A stretch of DNA of 64,000 bases from positions 175,842-239,841 of the forward strand of contig CDMY01000929.1 of assembly GCA_001179505.1 (NCBI GenBank), written 5' to 3'. The notes below the pieces were generated by a model. It was not told the DNA's origin. It saw only the letters and a list, made by a program, of their open reading frames with translations, and ran no database searches. Every line of letters starts with the position of its first letter. Within the stretch, counting starts at the first letter, position 1. The stretch is from Vitrella brassicaformis CCMP3155 (taxonomy: Eukaryota > Protista > Chromerida). Both the position numbers and the translations under genes were made by a program. This document shows, one piece after another, positions 24,231 through 36,524 of the stretch.

Positions 24231-24825
24231 TTTTGGAAGCAGCCTTTTCGTTCTGCTCTCTGGGGTTTGTCTTTGACGCCGACTTTCCATATGGGTGCAC
24301 CTACAGCCAAAGTTGGCTGAGGGAGGGGGCAGGAGGTGGGATGTGGGAGGTCGAGGGAGGGCGGATACAAAGAACAACAGGTGAAGGGAGTCACAAAGGG
24401 AGGAGATGCGGAGAAAAACAGCGCGAGCTGTGGCAAATCTGCTCAAAAAGGATCACTGAATATGAATCACGGCGTCTCTGTCTCCCGGCGAGAATTCTCG
24501 ACAAGCATCCGAATTCGCTCGGAAAAGGCACTGAGCGATTGACCACAGGTGGCTCTGTGCCTGTCATGCCGTCCGAAGCCAGCCATCAGTTGAAAATGAA
24601 GACGATTTGGCGAAACACTTTGGCAGGAGTCAACATCGAGGGTGATGTGCCGCTCCATCGTCAGTAGTACAGATCAGCACACCAGACAAAAAGGGCATGC
24701 ACAGATGGATATCAATGACACACTCAGTGGCACGTATATAGAATACACTTGCATTAGGCACAGGAAAACGCTTCTGTGTTGCCTTGAGGTACTCGATCAT
24801 TCACACTCTCTCTCTCTCTCTCTCA

Positions 24826-27629
24826 TTACCAGAGGATGCCCCTGTTGCCTCCCCTGCGTCCGCCTCCGCCACGGCCGCCACCACGACCACCACACTGACA
24901 CACACAATAGACAGATGTGCACGAAGGCAGCCATGTGTATTGTAGGTACACAGCAGAGAAGGCGCGTGTACGCCACTCACCCGGTTGTACCCTCCACGCC
25001 TGCTTGGCCTGCTGCTGCTATTTCGGCTGCTCAACTGAGGGGGGGGTGGCCTTCGGGCTTGTAGGACGGCCGACGAGAGGACGCCCACACTTGCTGCGTC
25101 GGATGGATGAGTGAACGAATACACACAGTGCAGACGGACGGATAAACGTCTGTTGGGCGTGAGAGAGCACTTGTATGGTCGGTCGGTACATACCAGTGTG
25201 TCCCAGCTTCTGATTGTGGGCGAGGTGAAGGCGAGATAGAGAGCCGTCCTGAGGTTGTTCCACACCCTGACACATATACAGGTGTGGTGGGGGTGGGGCT
25301 GGGAGGGCGTGTGGGTGTCTCGCTTACTTGGGGGGTTCTTTGAGCAGTGCTTTCTGGCTGATGAAGTCATTCACCACCTGGGCGAACTTGTCGCACACAG
25401 CCTGCACACACACAAGAATGAATGCGCATATGGATGGATGCACGTGTGCATATTTGTCTTCGTGGTGGTAGTGGTGGTTGCCTGCAGCATGTCGTGTGGC
25501 CAGTGGGTCATGATGAAAAAGACCTACAGACAGACAGACAGTAAAAAACATCCTCACCCACGCAGCACGTGGACACGTGTGTGATGCGTACCTGCGTGCA
25601 GTTGCCCTGCTTCATGGCGGCCTTCCACGCCCAAACGAGATCGCCCTTGTGGCCCAGCAAATCTGCAAAGTCAATGCAGACAGCCAACCAGATGTGACAG
25701 AAGTGTTTGTGCGTACAGTGGCCCCTCTGTCTTGCGCTGTTCGTCGAGCACGGGAGTCTCCTCGACGTAGATGCTCACCAGGTCCACAGCAGAGTGGCGC
25801 GAATTGTCCACAGTGAGGGCGCCCATCTGACGAATGCATGTTCACAGAGGGACTCGTGGATGCGTCCGGGGTCTGTGTGTTGCGTTCTCTGCGTACGTTC
25901 ACATATTTGGCGATGTGTAGATCGCGCAAGAAGCGAATGAATGAGCTGTCGAAGTCGCACCGGGGGTCGTCCTCTGCGCACAGATGAGTAGAGCACACCC
26001 AGGTACGGATACACACATCCGTCCATCCCATCCCATCCACGACTGTGTGTGTGATGTGCGCACTTGGATGTTTGGAGGTCTGGAGGTCACTCGCCTCCAG
26101 CTTGCGGCAGTGGTTGGGGGGCCGCTGATACTCACACACGGGTCCACACAGCCTTTTCTGGGTCGCCGTCTGTGTGGTGTGTATTTGTTTGCTCTGTGGA
26201 TGTGTGTATGGCCACTCACATGGTACAGGTGTTTGCTGAGGTCCCTGTACTTCTCGCGAAGCCGCGGTACTGAAATACACACGCGGCCCGTCTGGTTGGT
26301 TGTATTTGTGTGCCAGTGAGCTCACCGTTCGACAGCAGCCGCCACTCGCTGCACTTGTCCGTCAAGATGTCATCCACCTGCAGACACACACACGGGTGCA
26401 GCAGTGCATGCGTATCGCGTCGCAATGGTGTGTCTGACCTGATATGCCCAGGCAGCGGCACCCTGATGCCTGATGAACTGACCAGACCAACAACAGGCGA
26501 GCACGTCTAATACTGGTTGGTGATGCATCATGTGCCCACACACGGACGTACGTCTTCGTATGTCCCGGCACCATTCAGGAAGGTCTCGAGGAGTCGATCC
26601 CCCTGCACACACACACACAGACACACACAATCGTTGACGTCCATGGATGGTGTGTGTGAAGGCACAGTAGCGCACCTGTTCCTCCTCATGTTGATGGGGT
26701 CCGCGGGGCGAGCCGGCGTTGTCTGCACGTGCAAGTGAGCGTGTGGAAGCGCGCTTCCATCAACACGTGTGTGTGTGAGGGGGCGGGGGAGCACCGTGCG
26801 GCGAGTCCATCGCGGCGGTTGCGGCAGTGTGGGGGTGCGGCATCACCTCCACATTGCTCTAGTTGTAGTTGTATGACTGGTGAGAAGGCGCTGCATCACG
26901 TTACGCAGCAATCGACCGATAAAGGGTAGGAACGTGTGTATCGGTGTGTCTGTCTGGAGTAAACGTACAGAATCTCTGTCCTGTGTAGTCTCCTGCCGAG
27001 ATGGGACTCCCTCCGTCACTGCCAAAGTTGCCGCGGCCGTCATGGCGCTGAGGGCTCTCACCTGCACACACTCACACACAGGTTGATTAATCCACGGTAG
27101 CCACCAACACCAATGCGTGTGAGGAGGTACCTCGATCGTATTGGTGTGAGTAATCGGGTGGCGGATATGAAGGCTCTCGGCGCCGCCACTGCTGCAGCTG
27201 TTCCAGCTGTTGTCGCTGCCACTCCTGCTCGTGGACGGGAGGCACCAAAGGGAAGTCATCGGGATGACAAACGCCTCTGACACAGACAGACAGACAGACA
27301 GACACGCGCATGCACATCGATGAATGCATCTCCGCGTGTCTGTGTGCGGTCGTGTTGCTCACTCGTTGATGAGGTATCGCTGCAGGATTTCGATGCGCCT
27401 CTCCTCCTCAACCAGACACGCCCTGTCCACCAGCACATGGACCCGTGTGGATCAGCAGATGCATCATCCTTCTGCTGATGCATCCACTTACCTGATCTGT
27501 TCTGTGGTGAGCTGCATGCAACAAACACACGCAGACAGACACGGAGTGTGATTCACTTGCATCTCCGTCCGTGTGTTTCGATGTGGGCGTGCACACCTGG
27601 CTGTCGTCGATTCCGTAGAGCAACACCAT
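24826..27629 (-). CDS. Multi-exon hypothetical protein with an RGG tail (paralog B of 10800-13982)
   Basis: MVLLYGIDDSQ|LTTEQIR|ACLVEEERRIEILQRYLINE ... VFFIMTHWPHDMLQ|AVCDKFAQVV ... GGNRGILW*; early intron positions match paralog A. Confidence 0.75.
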
Positions 27630-27807
27630 CCCAGCTGATCTGCGAGATCTGGCAGACTGCGAGCTCAAACTTGGTGGTCACTCCAATTTTGACTGCAAGA
27701 GTCAAAGGAGCGAAGAGAATGTAGCATGGCGACGACAGAGGCGTGCAGAGCCCGTTGAAACCAGAAAACAGCACTCCGATTCATAGCTTTCGCTGTTTCG
27801 GTGCACG

Positions 27808-29772
27808 ATGGCTGCCAGTGCCGCCGCCCAGGTGAGAGAAGAGGGAGCTGGAGGCCAAGCAAATCCCTACATCATGACGTGAACTATTTGTGCTGTCTGT
27901 GTGGTTTGTCGTCCGGCCTGGTGCAGATGAGCGCAGTGATTCAGGCGCAGCTGCTGCCTCAGGTACAAGGCTATCGGCTGAAGCAGGCTCAGGTAGCCAG
28001 CTAACCAACACACATACCAACTCGTCCATTCCATGCGGTGCATCCAAAGCTCATCGGCTGCTTGTGTGTGTGGTGTGCAGGTCAACAGCTGCATTGATCA
28101 ACTCCTGCAGATGGACACCGCAGCTTCGATGGCACCACTGGTGCGGCAGGCTGCCAAACAGCACACTGACAACCGGAGCACAAAGGCCTCTGTGTCATGT
28201 TGCTCTCGTCTTGGTGAGTTATTCGTCAGATGGTGGATAAGGTGAGTCGTCAATTTGCTGCTGCGTCCGAGCTGCTGGCCGAGTTGACAGACACCATCAA
28301 CTCGACCATCGCACTGACAAGACATCGCCGCACACAGGTGAGTGGGGGAGTGACCACAGGCAGGCACAAGCACAAGACCCACACTGATGTAGTGCGCACG
28401 TCGCATGTGCTGTGTGTGTGCATGTCTTTCTGTTTGCAATCAGGCGCGACGGTGGCACCTGACTGACATCCCTGCCAACCCCATGAGCATCATCCTGGCA
28501 CTGTCTGACCTCATCACGATCGCCCACCTCAAGTCGGCAGCCCGACCCATCAGAAATGCCCTCCGACCGATCGTCCGCCGCCTTCGGCTGCCGAAGGCCA
28601 TCAAGCGGGTGGGGGTGAGCGGTGTGGTGTAGTTCGACGATCAGCTGAGCCACAGCGATGTGGTGAAGGCCATGTGGGTGGTTGAGGAGGGGGGCGAGGG
28701 CGGCTGGGGGGAGGTGGGCGGCACGCTCAGACTCGCTGAGCATTGCGGCTCTTGTCAGCTGCCGGTCACAGTGGGTGCTTCTGACCTGCAGACACACGCC
28801 ACCAAAGGCGGTAAGCACGACACACAGAAGAGGCAATGGGTGAGCTGCTGGATGGGTGTTTGGGTGCAGGATTTCTTGGCGCTGTTCCGTGTGTTTGCGC
28901 AGTGGATGCTCGTCGGCCGCTATGTGGCCTTCCGCCGCCCCACCGGCCAGCAGGACGGCACACTAGAGCTGTTCCGCCACACCAATGAGATCCGCGTCAT
29001 CCGCAGCGAGCCCACCTTCACCATCGCCATCAACCCGCCCCTCCCCCTCCCCACCGGCCGCCCCGTCCATCCCTTCTCACAGCACCCCTTCACCCACCAC
29101 GCCAAGCCACACGACCCGCCAGTCCGCAGCCGCATTGTGTGGCATGCTGGTGTGGGCTGGGGGACGGTCGGTGCCAACGACGGGCCTCTTTACGCATCAG
29201 CGAGCTCCATGCTGAAGGGGCTGCTGCTGAGTCACCGGCTGCTGGCTGTGGGCGGCTTCACCGACTCGCCAGCAGTGGTGGTGGACCGGTCAGTGGAAGG
29301 AAGGCGCGCAGTGAGAGGGCGAATGGCTATGTGGTGCGTCATTGATGTGTGTGTCAGGCGTGTGCGTGGTGGCCACCTCGACCGCATCATGACCCAATCG
29401 CTGCACAGGCCCCTCGACGAGTGCTCACTCGTACTGGCGTTCGAATGGGCCAATGGGGTGTGTGGGCACTCGCACGTGCTGACGTCATCCAACGACCCAT
29501 TCATCGCATGGATTCTCTTTCGTATCCAGCCGGGCGACCACCGAAACGGTACGCATACACATTGACAACACATCCATGCTGTCGTGTCGTTTGATCATCC
29601 GCTCTGCTGTTGTCTTTGTGCAGTGCGCGTCATCATCAGTACCAGCGAGGCTGCAGCAACAGGTGTTGCCCATGACGCCCCCTTCGCCCAGCGGTTCCCC
29701 CTGACGGCCGCCAGGGTGCGTCCGGCCCTCGACCCCATCGCGGCCATCGTGCTCGACGGCCAGGCGCCTTAG
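27808..29772 (+). pseudogene. Lineage-expanded hypothetical family member with an internal nonsense codon
   Basis: Multi-exon; GVV*FDDQLSHSDVVKAMWVVEEG has TAG at 28630-28632 where the paralog reads AAG (K); ends LDGQAP* at 29772. Confidence 0.75.
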
Positions 29773-30524
29773 GTACAGGGTGGGAACCACCCAGATGATG
29801 CACACCGTACCTGGTGATACGGATTGTGTGGGTATTGGGGTGTGTTCTGCAGGCTGACTGGCGTCAAGGAACGCCACAGAAGTAGCTGACTGACTGACTG
29901 ACTGACTGTCGGGCGGGCGGGCGGGCAGTAGGGCGGGCTGCGTGTCTGGTGGTGTGTGCATCTCATATCTGCTGTTGCATGAGGGACTCATCCGGGGACG
30001 TCTAGTGTGCGGACAGACAGACAGGTGCGGAGCGGTGCGTGAGCAGATTCTGGTGCGATGAATGATGCATGTGTCTAGAATGTGGTTCGCGCATGGCATG
30101 GCACATCCCACCCGTCACAAAGTCGTCTTTCTGTCTGACAAGCCAGGCCATAAACTACATCCCCTCCCCCTTTCCTCTCCCCAACTACCACAGCCATCTG
30201 AAAGCTTCGTCGATGGTGGATAGATCTACATTGGGTATTTCCATGACCTTTGTCCATCCATGAGATTCAACACATGCATGTATGATACGTCCACAAGCGC
30301 AATGGAGACACACACGTAAGGTCCAGCACCACCCACGCGAGTGCCACAAGGTCCCGGTGAGCCAGCTACTTGGCTCCTTCCTTCAACGTATCCAACCACC
30401 AAGCCACCCTACATAATGCACACCAACACACGCCACATCACACACACACAGGCAGACACATCAGGTCTCAGCGTCGTCATAGTGTGCGGCTCTGACCTTG
30501 GTGTGTCGATCGATGGTCGTGAGT

Positions 30525-32678
30525 CTATGGTGCCTCCCCGTCCAACACGATGGGGCCGATGGGGCCGAAGGCGAGACGCACCTTGGCGGCCGTCAGAGGA
30601 AACCGATGCGCGAAGGGCGCATCGTGGGCCATACCTGCTGCTGGGGCCTCGGTGGTACGAATGTGGACGCTCACTGCATGTGGACACGAGAAGATGATGA
30701 GACAAAACGACAGCATGGTCATCTGTTGTGGGGTTGTGCCGGTCCCTCACGTATGCGTACCGTTCTGACTGTCCCCGGGGGGCGTAAGAAAGGTGATCCA
30801 TGCGATGAACGGATCATCGGACGTCGTCAGCACATGCAGCTGCGCACAGGCCCCATTGACCAGCTCAAGTGCCATCACGTCCGGGCACTCGGCGAGGGGC
30901 GTATGTGGCGATTGGGTGATGATGCTGTTCAGGTGGCCACCACGCGCACCCCTGACACACACATCAATGACGCACCACATAGCCATTCGCCCTCTCACTG
31001 CGCGCCGTCCATCGACTCACCGGTCCACCACCACTGCTGGCGAGTCGGTGAAGCCGCTCACAGCCATCAGCCGGTGAGCCAGCATCAGCTTCTTCATCAG
31101 GGAGCTCGCCGATGCGACAACGGCCCCGTAGCTGACGCCACATGTCGCCCAGCCCACACCAGTATGCCACACAATGCGGCTGCGGACTGGCGGGTCGTGT
31201 GGCTTGGCGTGGTGGGTGAAGGGGTGCTGTGAGAAGGGATGGATGGGGCGGCTGGTGGGGAGGGGGAGGGGCGGGTTGAGGGTGAGGGTGAAGTTGGGCT
31301 CGTTGCGGATGATGCGGATCTCATTGTTGTGGCAGAACATCTCGAGATTGCCGTCTTGCTGGCCGCCGGAGAGCTGGAAGGCCACATGGCGGCCGACGAG
31401 CATCCACTGCGCACAGAAACGGGGCAGCGCCAAGAAATCCTGCAGCCAACACACACACCCAGCAGCTCGCCCATTGCCTCTTCTGTGTGTCGTGCTGACC
31501 GCCTTGGTGGCGTGTGTCTGCAGGTCCGCAGCACCCACAGTGACCGGCAGCTGGCAATTGCCCCACTGCTCGGCGAGTCTGAGGGTGTCGCCCACCTCCC
31601 CCTAGCCGCCCTCGCCCCCCTCCTTCAACACCCACATGGCCTTCATCACATCGCTGTGGCTCAGCTGGGCGTCGAACTTCACCACACCGCTCAGCCCCGC
31701 CCGCTTGATGGCCTTCGGCAGCCGAAGGTGGCGGGCGATGGACCGCACAGCATCTCTGATGGGTCGGGCTGTCGACTTGAAGCTGCCGACGGTGGTGACG
31801 TCAGATGCTGCGATGACGGTGCCCAGGAGCTCGGCGGGGATGTTCTAGAGATGCAACAGTGGGGCCTGATGACACACAGGCAGACAGACACACACGGAGG
31901 GAAGCGGTGCACATGGCGAAGTCCGTCCGTTTGTGTGTGTGGGGTCACACACCTGTGCGTGACTGCCGGTCGTGTTGTTCTGTGTGGCCTCTTCGGTAGT
32001 GTCCTCACCTGACAAACAACCACCCACACACACAGAGAGAGAGAAGGCCGTGTGTCGCAGGTGTGTGTTCCATCTTGCTTGACGTTGTGTGTGTGCAGGC
32101 TCACCCTCATGTGCTGTCTGTGCGATGGTGGTCTCGATGATGTGTGCCAGCTGGGCCAGGTGGTCCGACGCCGCCGCAAGCTGACGGTTCACGTCGGTGA
32201 CCATCTGACGAAGAGGCGCCAACAGCCAAGACACGACCCAAATGTGCCGATTGGTGTGCGTCTGTCTGTCTGTCTGTCTGTCTGTCTGCTTTGCCTTCTT
32301 CGCACACCTGTGTTGTCAGCTTAGCGGTGTCCGTCTGTGAGAATCGTCCGATGGAGTTGTTAACCTAGACACACCACAACACAGACAACCAACAGGCAGC
32401 ACAACCAAATGCGCTATGAGCAATGAGTGTCTGAGTGAAGCAGTGAGTGTGTGAGTCGGCTACATGCCCGAGTCTGGTTCATCTTGAGGATGCCGATGAG
32501 TCCGGGAGTGAACTCAGGCTGCGGCAGCAGCTGCTCCCTCAGACGCAACGCAATCATCTGCACCACATCGACCGCAGGACGACACAGACAGCACACAGAC
32601 AGCACAGCACATCCCACGTGATGCATGCCGTCATTCACATGGCTTCTCTCCGCTCACCCGAGTGGTGCTGAGGTCCAT
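30525..32678 (-). pseudogene. Inverted paralog of 27808-29772 with two internal nonsense codons
   Basis: In-frame TAG at 31845-31847 (LHL*NIPAE) and 31602-31604 (EGG*GEVG; paralog has TGG); ends LDGEAP* at 30525. Confidence 0.75.
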
Positions 32679-32879
32679 TGTGAATTAAGATGGATGAATG
32701 GCAAGGCTGTTTTAAGGCCTCAACAGACTCAACACGCCTCACTCGCTGCCGTTCCTCTCCTCTTCCCCTCCTTCCCCTCTCCCTCTCCATCTCGCGAGCT
32801 TGTGATCCGTGGCGAGCCTTTCGTTTGTTCTTGGTTTTCACAAAGATCTATCTCTCCGTCGCCCAGCCCTTCGCCTCCC

Positions 32880-35149
32880 ATGACCGAATCAAACACTGTC
32901 CGCCAGCGCAGCAAGGGCGCCAGCACTCGCACAGAGAAGCCCTCAGGCGATGACAAGAGAGATGAGCAGCACGGCGCAGATGCCCATGCCCCTCACGAGG
33001 CGCCCAACCAGGCTGCAGCCTCTGATCAGCCGCCCAAGGCCGCCCCCAAAGACGTCCCAGTGCTGGTCTCATGGCCGACGTTCTTTCTCATCGGGTTCTT
33101 GGTGGTGACTGCAGTGGTGATCCACAAGCACTGGGTGAGGGACTTCTCGGCGGGCAGCAACTTCGGCCTTCTGACCTACCGGCTCCGCAAGCTGCTGACT
33201 TCCCGAGTCGACACACACTTCTGGGAGCAGAACAGCATGGACAGATACCACCTCAAGGCCTCCATCATGGCCAGGTCAGTCAGACACACAAGGGCAGTCA
33301 GTGCACACAGACGCCCAGACAGGAGCGTATGCGTCCATGCATCTGTGTGTGGCCTTTCTTCAGCGACTTTCGTCGCCTGTTTGCGGAGGTGGAGCCCGTC
33401 AGCGTGGTTTCCAAGCATGCCATCCCCGCTCCGATAGTGGACGACACGCCGCGCATGGAGCAGCCGGTGCATGGGGACATCCCCGACCTCCCCCTCAACC
33501 CCCCACCCTGCCTCTACACGCGATGTGGCCGCAACGAGTCCGGCAGCAACATGGACTTCGACCTGCTCACACCCGACTCAGCCGATGCTGGACCTGGCCT
33601 GCGCTCGTGCTGCCCGTCCGGCTGCTGTGTGGTGGGGTGGACGCCCATCCCAGACGCGCCCGTTAACATCACCTTTTATGTGTCGAGGGCGATAGGGGCG
33701 CGGTATCCCGCCCTGACGCGGCTGCTGAGAGCCAGACAGAGCGACGAGGTTGAGCTGGATGATGCGACGGAGGTCGAGAGGAATGAGACTGATGTGAGGG
33801 CGATGGGTGCAGGGGTGCCTTTGGTGTTTTACGTGCACGGCGGCGGGAGTGCCTTTCTGAATGTGGAGGCGTACGACCATCTGATGCGGTACCACGCCAA
33901 CAGAGTGGATGGGGTCGTGGCGGCCATCGACTACCGGTACCTATGGATCGAGGGATGCAGACACCCACACACGCGCACATGGGGAAAGGGAAGGCATCCA
34001 CCCGACGTGTTTGTTCTGGGTGTTGTTATTTCGCGTGTGTCAGATTGGCGCCGCAGTGGAAGTTCCCCTCTGGTATAGAGGACAGCATTGCCGCCGTCAC
34101 CTGGCTCTACAAACATGCAAGCGACTTCGGGCTCGACACAAACAGGTGACTCAACAAAGTGACGCATGCACACACCACAGCACAGCCCAGCACACCAGCA
34201 ACAATGGTCTGTCTATTGTATGTGCTGTGCAGGTTTGTGCTGATGGGGGACAGTGCTGGTGGCGTCATTACCCTGAGCATGATGGGTATGGCGATCGTGC
34301 GTGAGCTGCCATGGGTGCCGTCGATCAAGGCACTGGGGCTCATCTATCCGAGTGTGTCGGGCTGCATGATGACACAAAGCCTCGCCAAGTGAGCCAGGCA
34401 GGGAGGGAGGGAAGATGGAGTCTGTCTGTGGTCTATGTGCGTGTCCTACGTCTGTCTGTCTGTCTGCCTGTGTGTGTGTGTGCTCTGCGTGTGATCCCCT
34501 TCCTCAATCATTAAAACAAACAGGCATTCTGACTTCCCTGCGATCAACGTGCACAGCATCTTCTGGTTCAAGATGCTGGTGAGACCCCACCTCCCTCCCC
34601 GCAGACACACACCCACACGATGCCCAGCAGGTTACAGTGTCTGCTCCCTCCCTCCGTCCCTCCCTCCCTCCCTCGTGTCGTGTGTCAGTACTGGCGCAGC
34701 CCCAACGAGTGTTTCGACTGGCGCGCCTCCCCACTGCGAATGCCGCACTCACTGCTGCAGAAACTCCCACCTGCCGTCATGTGTACGGGCCCACACACCA
34801 CACAGACAGACAGACAGATGCAGGTATGTACCTGCACCTGTCTGTGTTGGTGTGTTGGTTGGCTGGTTCAGTCCAGTATTCGCATGACCCTCTGAAGGAC
34901 AGCGGTGTGCTGCTGCATCACATGATGGAGGACGCCGGCAACCAGGGACAGCTCGTCATCATGCCTGGTACGTACTTACACACAAACACACACACACACA
35001 CACACATCGGCACACATGGTGCACCACCGAGACTCACAACGACTGTGGTTCCTGCAGGTGTGCATGGGATTTACGGCAGCGACCGTTTCCCCTACGGCAT
35101 GGAGGCCATGGACACCGTCATGCAGTTCGTCACAAAACACCTCGAGTGA
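32880..35149 (+). CDS. Alpha/beta hydrolase, hormone-sensitive-lipase family (AADAC/NCEH1-like) with an N-terminal membrane anchor
   Basis: YVHGGG, IDYR|LAP..KFP..IED, VLMGDSAGG (nucleophile), HDPLKD (Asp), VHGI (His); TM segment TFFLIGFLVVTAVVI. Confidence 0.92.
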
Positions 35150-36524
35150 CAGACAGGCTTTTAGAGCTCTTTTTGCGTCATCCTTTGGTGGGGGGGCGGG
35201 CGAAGGAGGGCAGCGGTGAGATGGGGAGAGAAATGAGGCGGGGCATCTCGATTCGGTGGCTGTTTTGCCCACTAATACGACTGTCAGCAGCCCGACCCAG
35301 TGATGCCTTCCTGTCTGTCTGTCTCTCTGTGTCTGCCTGCCCGCGTGTGTCTCTTCCGTGGCGTGTGTGTGGATAGAGGGCGCCCCTTTTGCACCCCCTC
35401 TCTCTTGCAATGCGACTGACTGACTTGTGAATACGTACATTTGTCTGGCCGAGGGCGTATATCTATGTTTATTCGTGACTGACTGACATGATGCGATGCT
35501 GTCTTACCTGCATCTGGCTCTGTGGGTGAGTACGGGTGTGTGTACCGTATCGCTCGATTTGACTTTTTGCCCCTCCCTGACTAGCAAGTCGACGGACTAC
35601 TTTTTGGTGCCCTGCCCCTCCCTGCCTAGCATTCATTATGCGCGTGTGTCTGTGGACGGTGACGGCAAGCAGTCACGTCAACGCAGGTACCTTGTCGTCA
35701 GACTTTGATGTCCCCCAGTCCTCAATCCATGCATCCATCCATCCATCGAGCTCCACACGACACTCACAAGAGGCAAAGGAGTTGTTTTCGCTCACGGAGC
35801 AGCCAGGCACACACACACACACACACTGGTCCCCCCCCCCAGCGCACCCGTCCGCCCGTCCATCCATCCCCGTAGGTAGACTACAACTACTTACCTTCGA
35901 AAACTGTCGAATTCTGTTACCCCTCTGTTATCCAGTGGATTCCCTCCCCGTCAGAGTCAAAGTGCGGCGCCGCACCACTCGTCACCGACTGGGAGTCCCC
36001 GAAAGGACAGACAGAGGGACGAGTAGGAAGCAGGCACGATTGATTGATTCCACCATCCGAGCATCTTTCTCCATCCTCTCTGTGTGTGGTGTCTCGTCTC
36101 TGCTCGACCCGCCAGCCCCAACGCAGTCCCCTGCATCCTCCAACAGACGCAGGTTTCGGCGCCGGATGACGCAGGTTGAGCAGGGATCAAGACACTGCAA
36201 GAGAAGACATCAGTCAATCTGGCGATATGATCTGTGGGCCAAAGATCTGCACACAGGGGAGGGCAGCCGTAGGTAGGTAGCTGCTCTCTTCTACGCGCTA
36301 CGAATGCAGCCACCTATACTCATCCAGCCATGCTCCACAAATGAATAAAGAAAACCACACATCCATCCATTCATCATCGAAAGTAGGCCCACCAAAAAGA
36401 CGCACAGATAAAAAGAAACAAACGCAGACACACACCCACCCAGCCATGTATACCGGTAGGGTACCTACACCTATCTATGTTAGTTCGTACGGACTTGTGA
36501 GTGTATGTGTGTGTGGTGTGTGTG

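Noticed and set aside
28630-31847. TAG reassignment or readthrough, since all three internal stops in the paralog pair are TAG
   Set aside because: TAG ends conserved genes in this window (Ran at 51198-51200, DBP2 at 43538-43540), and the stops align to different residues (K, W). Point mutations explain them.
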